Origin: Candidatus Omnitrophota bacterium
Lineage (GTDB): Bacteria > Omnitrophota > Gorgyraeia > Gygaellales > Profunditerraquicolaceae
Reading direction: 5' to 3'
Length of the DNA: 64,000 nt
NCBI GenBank assembly: GCA_963805065.1
Contig: CAWDSS010000010.1
Coordinates: 856,359-920,358 of the forward strand
The notes beneath the pieces are model-generated. The model made no database searches, was not told the DNA's origin, and saw only the letters and a program-made list of their open reading frames with translations. Position numbers and translations under genes: made by a program. Of the stretch, positions 36,411-43,905 are shown piece after piece (position 1 is the first letter of the stretch; the number at the start of each line of letters is the position of its first letter).

Positions 36411-37151
36411 ATGAGAAAAAAGTTACTGCTTGCAGGGTGCATTTTTTTAGCCGTTACTTTTGCAGGCTGTGCTTCACTAATGCAGCCTAGCGCCCAGGTA
36501 GATAATTATGCGGGTGCCGCGCCGTTACCTCCTTATTCAGGCCCCAGGGCAAGGATAGCAGTGGCGGATTTTGATGTTAAAGCAGCAAAGGCAGGAGGAG
36601 AGATAGGCACAGGGCTACGAGAGATGTTGGTTACTGCACTGATTAACAGCAGCAGATTCAGCGTGGTTGAACGCCAGGCGCTGAATGCGGTTATGCAGGA
36701 ACAAGAATTAGGAGCTTCGGGTGCGGCGCAGCCAGGTGCTGGCGGAGCGCAGAGAGGCAAAATTAAAACAGCAGATCTGATTATTACTGCTGCTGTGACA
36801 GAATTTGAACCTGAGGCCTCAGGAGGCAGGGCAGGTATAGGCGGCGGAGGAGGAGTTGGCAGCGGAGTATTGGGTGCATTATTGGGAGCCTCCTTAAATA
36901 AAGCTCACATGGCTTTAGACATACGCATTATAGACGCCTCTACTTCTGAAGTTTTGGCAGCTACTCGCGTGCAGGGTCAGGCGTCTGATGTTTCCGGAGG
37001 TGCTTTAGGAGGATTTTTCGGCAATTGGGCATTGGGAGCAGGGCTTTACGGTTATGCAAATACACCTATGGAAAAGGCAATTCGTATTTGTATAATTGAA
37101 GGAGTACGCTATATTTCACAGACTATACCGGCAAATTATTTTAAGTACTAA
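36411..37151 (+). CDS. CsgG-family lipoprotein (curli-type secretion channel family)
   Basis: Lipobox FAGC, RIAVADFD, LREMLVTALINSSRFSVVERQ, ADLIITAAVTEFE, LDIRIIDASTSEVL. Confidence 0.7.
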   Translation: MRKKLLLAGCIFLAVTFAGCASLMQPSAQVDNYAGAAPLPPYSGPRARIAVADFDVKAAKAGGEIGTGLREMLVTALINSSRFSVVERQALNAVMQEQELGASGAAQPGAGGAQRGKIKTADLIITAAVTEFEPEASGGRAGIGGGGGVGSGVLGALLGASLNKAHMALDIRIIDASTSEVLAATRVQGQASDVSGGALGGFFGNWALGAGLYGYANTPMEKAIRICIIEGVRYISQTIPANYFKY

Positions 37152-37160
37152 GTGAAGCAG

Positions 37161-37219
37161 GCTCGGGATTCCCGCTTATGCGGGATTTCGCTAGATAAGA
37201 GCGTAAGGTGCTCAAAATT
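37161..37219 (+). repeat. ~60-nt conserved intergenic element, copy A (hairpin CGGGATTCCCGC-TTAT-GCGGGATTTCG plus promoter-like TAGATA-16-AAAATT)
   Basis: About 53/59 nt identical to 54462..54521. Confidence 0.9.
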
Positions 37220-37245
37220 AGCCTGAAGTAAGAAAGGGCAAATTA

Positions 37246-37326
37246 ATGGGAAAAAGAAAGAGAAGAGGCAAGCTGAACTGGCGCTCTAAGAAAGCCAATA
37301 AGGGAAGAAGGCCTTGTCTGGGGTAA
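37246..37326 (+). CDS. 26-aa highly basic micro-protein MGKRKRRGKLNWRSKKANKGRRPCLG (possible bTHX-like ribosomal peptide)
   Basis: ATG..TAA ORF below the track cutoff, directly downstream of the promoter-like element. MGK..RRGK.xWR...RP resembles Thx as I recall it. Confidence 0.3.
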   Translation: MGKRKRRGKLNWRSKKANKGRRPCLG

Positions 37327-37380
37327 ATTCGCGCATATAACTTATGTCGTACTTCGTACTCCATAAGTTATGCGCTGATT
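37327..37380 (+). repeat. bulged hairpin family member H1 (ATTC-GCGC-A[TA]TAAC...GTTAT-GCGC-TGATT)
   Basis: 5+9 bp stem with a 2-nt bulge. The loop is the tandem heptamer TCGTACT TCGTACT. Confidence 0.85.
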
Positions 37381-37384
37381 GTAG

Positions 37385-37442
37385 ATACCCTCCGTTATGC
37401 ACTTCGCAGATTTCTTTGAAATCTGCTCGTAACGTCGGGTAT
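37385..37442 (+). repeat. long imperfect hairpin H2 with inner GCAGATTTC-TTT-GAAATCTGC stem, preceded by GTAG
   Basis: Outer ATACCC/GGGTAT and CGTTATG/CGTAACG pairings read directly. Confidence 0.8.
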
Positions 37443-37444
37443 TA

Positions 37445-37495
37445 ATTCGGCCAAATAATTTACGTTCACTTCGTTCCGTAAATTATGGCCTCATT
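37445..37495 (+). repeat. bulged hairpin family member H3 (ATTC-GGCC-A[AA]TAAT...ATTAT-GGCC-TCATT), abutting the SD of the next gene
   Basis: Same architecture as H1 and 54519..54570, with compensatory base-pair changes. Confidence 0.85.
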
Positions 37496-37509
37496 AAAAG
37501 GAGGTGGGT

Positions 37510-37764
37510 ATGCAGGAAACAGAGATAGGTACAATTACTCACTATTACGGCCACTTAAGCGTGGGTATAATCGAACTCTCAGGAGCACTCAAGGTAAACG
37601 AAGCCATACATATTAAGGGCCACTCCTCTGATTTTTCTCAACAGATAGACTCAATGCAGGTTGAGCATGCAAGCGTCTCTGAGGCAAAGGCAGGAGATGT
37701 TATCGGTGTAAAGCTGACTCAAAAGGCGCATCCTCACGATAAAGTCTATAAAGTTATCCCATAG
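37510..37764 (+). CDS. small EF-Tu domain-2-like beta-barrel protein
   Basis: SD AGGAGGTG. IGTITHYY..L.VGIIEL...L.V...IHI.G pattern resembling stand-alone GTP_EFTU_D2-like proteins. Confidence 0.45.
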   Translation: MQETEIGTITHYYGHLSVGIIELSGALKVNEAIHIKGHSSDFSQQIDSMQVEHASVSEAKAGDVIGVKLTQKAHPHDKVYKVIP

Positions 37765-37837
37765 CATGTTTTTTATGTTCCTGTCTAACGGATTCCGGTA
37801 AGCATACTTGCCCTAGTTTTTCCTACATCTTATACCA

Positions 37838-38833
37838 ATGAAAGCTATTTGTTTAATATCCGGCGGGCTGGATAGTATTCTAGCTGCCCGCTTGATTAAA
37901 GAGCAGGGAATTGAAGTTGTGCCTACCAGCTTTTTTATACCCTTTCTTAACCGAAGCAGCCCTGATAACTCCAAAGACAAAACTTCCCTGGTGAGGGAAG
38001 CGCTGGGTGAGGAATTACGGGTAATTGATATAAGCAATGAATTCTTAAAGATGCTGGAAAATCCGGTTTATGGTTTCGGCTCTAATATGAATCCCTGCAT
38101 AGATTGTAAGATCCTCATGTTCAGCCGAGCCAGGCAATTGATGCAGGAATCCCATGCGCAGTTTATCGTCACCGGTGAAGTCCTGGGCCAGCGGCCCATG
38201 TCTCAACATAGGCAGGCATTGCAACTTATTGAAAAGAAATCCGGGTTAGAAGGATATCTTTTAAGGCCATTGTCGGCAAAAAATCTTTCAGAGACAGTGC
38301 CGGAAAAAAACGGCTGGGTTAGGCGCAGCGAATTAATGAATTTTAGCGGGCGTTCGCGCAAACCGCAGATTGAACTCGCCAGGATATTTAAAATTACGGG
38401 TTATCCTAACCCGGCAGGAGGTTGTTTATTGACGGATCCCGGCTATGCCAGTCGTCTTAAAGACTTAATCAATCACAAGGAGTTGAATCTAAAGAATACG
38501 CAGTTATTAAAATTAGGAAGGCATTTTAGATTCTCAGAAGATGCAAAATTAATAGTAGGCAGGGATGAAGGAGAAAACAGGCAACTATTAAAGCTTGCCG
38601 AAAATGAAGACTATTTGTTTATGCCGCAAGACTCAGCAGGCCCAACATGCCTTGGTATCGGTGTTTTAAATGATGAATTAATCAGGTTGTCTTGTGCCTT
38701 AACCTGCCGTTATTGCGACCGTGATGGTAAGGCAAAAGTAAGCATTGCCTACCGAAAAATGCAGGATAAAGAAAAACGCATTTTAGAAATCGAGCCAATG
38801 CAAGAAACCGAAATTGTAAAATACAGAATATGA
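37838..38833 (+). CDS. PP-loop ATP pyrophosphatase, ThiI/MnmA-like tRNA sulfurtransferase family
   Basis: SGGLDS PP-loop at the N-terminus, NPCIDCK Cys pair, TGEVLGQRPMSQ. Confidence 0.55.
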   Translation: MKAICLISGGLDSILAARLIKEQGIEVVPTSFFIPFLNRSSPDNSKDKTSLVREALGEELRVIDISNEFLKMLENPVYGFGSNMNPCIDCKILMFSRARQLMQESHAQFIVTGEVLGQRPMSQHRQALQLIEKKSGLEGYLLRPLSAKNLSETVPEKNGWVRRSELMNFSGRSRKPQIELARIFKITGYPNPAGGCLLTDPGYASRLKDLINHKELNLKNTQLLKLGRHFRFSEDAKLIVGRDEGENRQLLKLAENEDYLFMPQDSAGPTCLGIGVLNDELIRLSCALTCRYCDRDGKAKVSIAYRKMQDKEKRILEIEPMQETEIVKYRI

Positions 38834-38911
38834 ACCCCGCACCTTCTAAAAATTCAGTAGTTTATAAAGTAACAGGTGCAGGGTTTAGGAATAGTAAAGA
38901 AGGTGCGGGGT
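38834..38911 (+). promoter_or_regulatory. long-range 14-nt inverted repeat (ACCCCGCACCTTCT...AGAAGGTGCGGGGT) sequestering the amrS SD and start, with an internal decoy arm
   Basis: Arms at 38834..38847 and 38898..38911. Decoy ACAGGTGCAGGGT at 38872..38884 matches 10/13. Confidence 0.5.
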
Positions 38912-39917
38912 GAAAGAAGCGTTACTTTTTGAAAAGCTGGAAAATAATATTGTCCGCTGTTATTTGTGTTCCCATTATTGCAAGATTTCCGAAGGTGATT
39001 TCGGGTTTTGTCAGGTAAGGCAGAACACCGCAGGTACTCTTTATTCGCACTCCTATGGAAAGGTTGTTGCAGCGCACGTCGACCCCATAGAAAAGAAACC
39101 GCTCTATCATTTTCTGCCTGGTTCATCAAGTTTTTCTATTGCTTGCGCCGGATGCAATTTCCGTTGCGGTTTTTGCCAGAATTGGGAGATTTCTCAAGTA
39201 TCATCAAAAGAGGGGACTAACTTAGAAGAACAGGAATTTCCTCCTGCAAGAATAATAACACAGGCCTTGGATAATAATTGTAAAAGCATATCTTATACTT
39301 ATACTGAACCGACCATATTCTTTGAATATGCCCTGGAAACCGCAAAATTAGCCAAAGAAAAGGGATTGTATAATAATTTCGTCACTAACGGCTTTATGAC
39401 CAAAGAGTGCCTGGAAATGATAAAACCATATTTAGATGCTGCTAATGTGGACCTGAAATTTTTCCGCGAGGAGTCCTACCGTAAAATTTGCGCAGGGTCG
39501 CTTACGCCAGTGTTAAATTCCATTAGGTTAATGAAAGAATTTGGCATCTGGGTTGAAATAACTACTTTAATTGTACCGGGCGAGAACGATTCCGAAGAGG
39601 AGTTAAGCGATATTGCTAAATTCATTGCCGGGTTAGATTACAATATCCCCTGGCATGTTTCTCGCTTCCATCCCGACTTCAAATTTACAAACCGGTTTGC
39701 CACAACTGTTGAGACCTTAAAAAAAGCAGAAAAGATCGGGAGAATTTGCGGGCTTAGGTATGTTTATGCAGGCAATGTCACAGGTTTTGGCAATGATACT
39801 TACTGCCATAGCTGCAATCGGCTGTTAATTAAAAGGGAAATTTTTGATTGTTTAGAGTATAATATAAAAAAAGGTAAGTGCCCTTCTTGTAATGCAGTGA
39901 TCCCCGGGGTATTTTGA
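38910..39917 (+). CDS. amrS: AmmeMemoRadiSam-system radical SAM enzyme (AmrS-like)
   Basis: N-terminal CxxCxxxC...C (VRCYLCSHYCKI..G..GFCQVR), radical SAM CNFRCGFCQNWEIS, C-terminal CxxC...CPxC. Confidence 0.75.
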   Translation: MKEALLFEKLENNIVRCYLCSHYCKISEGDFGFCQVRQNTAGTLYSHSYGKVVAAHVDPIEKKPLYHFLPGSSSFSIACAGCNFRCGFCQNWEISQVSSKEGTNLEEQEFPPARIITQALDNNCKSISYTYTEPTIFFEYALETAKLAKEKGLYNNFVTNGFMTKECLEMIKPYLDAANVDLKFFREESYRKICAGSLTPVLNSIRLMKEFGIWVEITTLIVPGENDSEEELSDIAKFIAGLDYNIPWHVSRFHPDFKFTNRFATTVETLKKAEKIGRICGLRYVYAGNVTGFGNDTYCHSCNRLLIKREIFDCLEYNIKKGKCPSCNAVIPGVF

Positions 39918-39920
39918 AGG

Positions 39921-40421
39921 ATGAAATTTAAATATCAGTCTGTTGCGCCTTTGGAAATAGCCATCGTAACAGTCTTTTTGACGGCTGCGTTAATTTTTAT
40001 TCTTTCCCATGTTTCCCAAAGAAACACCTTTGTAGATATCCTAACCCAGGACTTTTACCCCGAGATAAGCGATACGGTTAAGCAATGGAAAAATGGCGCT
40101 GACCTAGTTATTGTCGGAAAACTATTGAACAGGCACGATGAGGTTGAAGGAGGGGTTCTGGAGAAATATACTGGTTTAGTTTTTTTTGAGATTGCCGTAG
40201 AAAAAGTCGAGCGGGGTGAGTATCCTTACGAAGAAATCGAGGTTTGTGTTGGCATGTATTCGAACGTAATACCGTTGTTTGATTACCCGCCGTTTGTGAA
40301 GAAAAATTACCGGCAGGGAGACCATATTAGGGTTTACGTATATTATGATCATCCTAAAAATGCATATTATACACCGGGAGGCCTCTTAACAATTGAGCCG
40401 GTGAGTGAGACTGATGAATAA
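39921..40421 (+). CDS. hypothetical membrane-anchored protein
   Basis: One N-terminal TM helix, no recognisable motif. Confidence 0.45.
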   Translation: MKFKYQSVAPLEIAIVTVFLTAALIFILSHVSQRNTFVDILTQDFYPEISDTVKQWKNGADLVIVGKLLNRHDEVEGGVLEKYTGLVFFEIAVEKVERGEYPYEEIEVCVGMYSNVIPLFDYPPFVKKNYRQGDHIRVYVYYDHPKNAYYTPGGLLTIEPVSETDE

Positions 40422-41013
40422 TCGTAAAACCAAGAAAGCCCTTTTGGTAGTGGATGCGCAGAATGATTTTTGCCCTGGTGGGGCATTGGGTGTGCCTGAA
40501 GGCGATAAAATTATCCCCAGGATAAATAAATATGTCTCGATATTCACAAAAAACAAATTGCCCATTTTTTTCACCCGTGACTGGCATCCGGTAAAAACCC
40601 GCCATTTTAAAGACTTTGGAGGCATCTGGCCTGTCCACTGTATTCAGAATACTTACGGGGCAAAATTCCATCCTAAATTGAAACTGCCGAAAGATGCAAT
40701 ACTCTTGTATAAGGGGATGGATCCCAAAAAGGATGCATATTCTGCTTTTCAGGCTGAGGATGTAAGCGGTACTGCCTTGCCCGTTTTACTAAAAAAAATG
40801 GGGATAAACCAACTTTACATAGCGGGTTTAGCCACAGATTATTGCGTGAGGTTTTCTAGCCGCGATGCGCTAAAGCAGGGATTCAAAGTAAAAATATTGG
40901 TAGACGCCATAAAAGGCGTAAATCTAAAGCCCAATGATTCAGAAAATGCAATCAAGGAAATGGTAAAAGCCGGAGCAAAAATCATAACCTTAAAAGACGT
41001 GCAGCGCCAGTGA
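40405..41013 (+). CDS. pncA: nicotinamidase/pyrazinamidase (isochorismatase family)
   Basis: LLVVDAQNDFCPGGAL, DWHP, YIAGLATDYCV (catalytic Cys). Confidence 0.85.
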   Translation: MRLMNNRKTKKALLVVDAQNDFCPGGALGVPEGDKIIPRINKYVSIFTKNKLPIFFTRDWHPVKTRHFKDFGGIWPVHCIQNTYGAKFHPKLKLPKDAILLYKGMDPKKDAYSAFQAEDVSGTALPVLLKKMGINQLYIAGLATDYCVRFSSRDALKQGFKVKILVDAIKGVNLKPNDSENAIKEMVKAGAKIITLKDVQRQ

Positions 41014-41031
41014 GGGCGCCTCGTTACATTG

Positions 41032-41682
41032 ATGGAAGAAATAATCATACGTCGCTACAAGGATCAGGACCGCTCCTTCATCAGAAATATTGCCTGGGAT
41101 ACTGCTTTTATCGGCGACTCGGCAAGTATATTCTTTAGCAGTAAAGATATTTTAGCCGATTTTCTGACCTCGTATTTTACCGATTACGAACCTGAATCCT
41201 GTTTTGTTGCTGAACACGGCGGTAAGGTTGTGGGTTATTTGATAGGCGCAAAAAGCGTGCGTAAATTGAATAGAATATTCCAGCTTAAGATATTATTGCG
41301 CTTATTAGGGCGATTCATTTTTAAAGGCGTTTTGTTTAAGAAAAAAGACACAGTGTTCATACTCAATTGTCTTATGAGTCTCTTACGGCAGGAATTTAAA
41401 ATGCCTGATTTCTTAAACGATTACCCGGCGACACTGCACATTAACCTTGATAAGGATTGGCGTAATTTACATGCAGGCTCAAGATTGATATCCGCGTATC
41501 TGGATTATTTGACAGAAGAACAAATAAAGGGAGTGCATCTTGCCACCATGTCTAGTAACGCGGCAGAATTCTTTAAAAAACAGGGTTTTGTCTTACTATA
41601 TGAGGGAAAGCGTTCTTATTACAGGTATCTTTTACACAAGGATATACCTATATATATACTAGGTAAGAAATTGCTATTCTAA
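41032..41682 (+). CDS. GNAT-family N-acetyltransferase
   Basis: GKVVGYL..., HINL...R..G.G..L and FFKKQGF blocks. Confidence 0.6.
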   Translation: MEEIIIRRYKDQDRSFIRNIAWDTAFIGDSASIFFSSKDILADFLTSYFTDYEPESCFVAEHGGKVVGYLIGAKSVRKLNRIFQLKILLRLLGRFIFKGVLFKKKDTVFILNCLMSLLRQEFKMPDFLNDYPATLHINLDKDWRNLHAGSRLISAYLDYLTEEQIKGVHLATMSSNAAEFFKKQGFVLLYEGKRSYYRYLLHKDIPIYILGKKLLF

Positions 41683-41769
41683 GGCTTAAACTTGCACTGC
41701 CAGAAGAGGTTAGGCAAATAGGCAAAAAAATCCTTGTTTTTTGCGTAATTTTTGGCACAATATAACCTT

Positions 41770-42444
41770 ATGGGACAAACAGTTAATGCGGCAAAAAACG
41801 GTAAACGTGTAGTCTTTTTTGACTTTGATAACACAATCTCTACTTTCGATGTCTTTGACGATATGCTGGTTAATTTCTCGCGGAATGACACCTGGAAAAA
41901 GCTGGAAGACAAGTGGAGAAAAGGCTTGATTGGCTCAAGAGAGTGTCTGGAAGGCCAGCTAAAGACCATAAACGTAAGCAGGAAGGTTTTTGATCAATAC
42001 CTCTCTAGGATAAAACTGGACCCTTATTTCGAAAGGCTAATAAAGTTATTTAAGGCAAAAAAAGTCAAGACCGTTATTCTAAGCGACAATTTTGATTATA
42101 TCTTAAACCGTGTATTAAGATATAACGGGTTTAAGAAGCTAAAGGTTTATTGTAATAAGCTAAAATTCAAAAACGATTCGATTACTTACGATTTTCCTTT
42201 TGAGCACAGGAACTGTAAGATCTGCGCTCATTGTAAGACGAAAAATCTCTTGGCAAACAGGAAAGCAGGCTCTATAATGTTCTATATCGGAGATGGGCAT
42301 TCTGATATTTGCCCGGCTGGTCACTGCGACATCATCTTTGCTAAGGAAAGGCTGCTTAGTCATTATAAAGGCAAAAAAACGCCTTGTTTTGCCTATCATA
42401 ACTTAAAAGACGTATATAAGTATTTTAAAAGGAGTTTAGCATGA
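41770..42444 (+). CDS. HAD-IB phosphatase, MtnX-like (2-hydroxy-3-keto-5-methylthiopentenyl-1-phosphate phosphatase family)
   Basis: FFDFDNTIS motif I, SDNFD, Cys cluster CKICAHCK, YIGDGHSD, resembling B. subtilis MtnX as recalled. Confidence 0.55.
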   Translation: MGQTVNAAKNGKRVVFFDFDNTISTFDVFDDMLVNFSRNDTWKKLEDKWRKGLIGSRECLEGQLKTINVSRKVFDQYLSRIKLDPYFERLIKLFKAKKVKTVILSDNFDYILNRVLRYNGFKKLKVYCNKLKFKNDSITYDFPFEHRNCKICAHCKTKNLLANRKAGSIMFYIGDGHSDICPAGHCDIIFAKERLLSHYKGKKTPCFAYHNLKDVYKYFKRSLA

Positions 42445-43874
42445 ACGGCAAGCAGGAAAATACAAAGCAATCCGCCAACCAATTAAATTCAGTGAGCGAA
42501 ACTGCGGTTGATGAGCTCCTGGAATTGGAAGCAAAACATTGCTCTTGGGGGGATACCGTCCATTATGCGGATAAGCTTAACATATTCAAAAGGGCAGAAG
42601 GCAGTTACTTGTATGACACAGAGGGAACCGAGTATTTGGATTTGCAGATGTGGTATTCTGCGGCAAGTTTTGGATATAAAAATAAACGGCTTAATGCAGC
42701 TCTGAAGAAACAAATTGATACCCTGCCGCAATTAGCCTGTCAGTATCTGCATGAAGAGAAAATCAGGTTAGCTGCAAAATTAGCCCAGAGAAACGAGATG
42801 ACCTTTGAAGAGAAAGGCAGGGTGCATTTCAATGTCGGAGGCTCAACAGCCGTTGAAGATTCCCTGAAACTGGTGAGAAATCATTCAGGTAGGAGCCTGG
42901 TGTTTGCTTTTATGGGCGGCTACCACGGCAGGACACTTGCTGCCTCTGCGATTACCTCGAGTTTCCGTTACAGGGAACGCTTTGGCCATTTCGGAGACAG
43001 GGCTTTATTTGTACCCTTTCCTTATTGTTTCAGGTGCCCTTATGACAAAAAAAGAGATTTCTGCGATTTTTATTGCCTTAAGCAATTTGAGAAGTTATTC
43101 GAGACAGAATATCATTCAGTCTTGAATAAGAAAACTAACAAATGTGAATTCTCAGCTTTTTACGTTGAGGCAGTGCAGGGGACAGGCGGCTATATAACTG
43201 CGCCTCAGGAGTATTTTAGCGGGCTTAAAGATATTCTGGATAGATACGACATATTGCTGATAGACGATGAAATTCAAATGGGGTTCTTTAGGACAGGTAA
43301 ATTCTGGGCAATAGAGCATTTTAATGTCACTCCTGATATAATCGTTTTCGGAAAGTCGCTGACTAACGGGCTTAATCCGTTATCCGGCGTCTGGGCAAAA
43401 GAAAAACTCATATCACCGCAAGTTTTCCCTCCTGGTTCCACTCACTCTACGTTTTCGGCAAATCCCTTGGGCACTGCAGTGGGCCTAGAAGTAATGAAAT
43501 TAATTGAAGAGTCAAGTTTTGCCACGGAAGTTCCCAAAAAAGGCCAATATTTTATTTCACGCCTGAAGAAGCTTCAAAAGAAGTATCCCCAGATAGGAGA
43601 TGTTGATGGTTTGGGTCTGGCGATAAGGGTAGAAATGTGCGGGAAAGACGGATTTACCCCAGACAGGAAATTGACTGATGCAATAGCGGAACTGGGCTTA
43701 AGCGGTAAACTTTGCGCCGGCGGTAAAAAACGCGGCCTTATCCTGGATGTGGGCGGATATTACAAGAATGTTTTTACCCTGGCGCCCTCTTTCTATATTA
43801 CGGAAAAAGAGATTAATCTGGGAATTGACCTTTTTGAAGAAGCGCTTGCAAAGGCATTAAAGAAATCTTCTTAA
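42441..43874 (+). CDS. class III pyridoxal-phosphate aminotransferase
   Basis: GGSTAVE, LLIDDEIQMGF.RTGK and FGKSLTNG (Schiff-base Lys region). Confidence 0.8.
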   Translation: MNGKQENTKQSANQLNSVSETAVDELLELEAKHCSWGDTVHYADKLNIFKRAEGSYLYDTEGTEYLDLQMWYSAASFGYKNKRLNAALKKQIDTLPQLACQYLHEEKIRLAAKLAQRNEMTFEEKGRVHFNVGGSTAVEDSLKLVRNHSGRSLVFAFMGGYHGRTLAASAITSSFRYRERFGHFGDRALFVPFPYCFRCPYDKKRDFCDFYCLKQFEKLFETEYHSVLNKKTNKCEFSAFYVEAVQGTGGYITAPQEYFSGLKDILDRYDILLIDDEIQMGFFRTGKFWAIEHFNVTPDIIVFGKSLTNGLNPLSGVWAKEKLISPQVFPPGSTHSTFSANPLGTAVGLEVMKLIEESSFATEVPKKGQYFISRLKKLQKKYPQIGDVDGLGLAIRVEMCGKDGFTPDRKLTDAIAELGLSGKLCAGGKKRGLILDVGGYYKNVFTLAPSFYITEKEINLGIDLFEEALAKALKKSS

Positions 43875-43905
43875 GCAGCCTGCCCTTATTTCTTCTTCTG
43901 CTTGC

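Noticed and set aside
37327-37495. Integron attC sites/CALIN interpretation of the bulged hairpins (AAC...GTT inner ends, extrahelical bases, variable centre).
   Set aside because: No integron integrase or cassette-sized ORFs are in the window. The hairpins are shorter (42-45 nt) than typical attC. The bulge sits inside the would-be R box, and RYYYAAC/GTTRRRY is only approximately matched. Kept only as something an attC covariance model could formally exclude.
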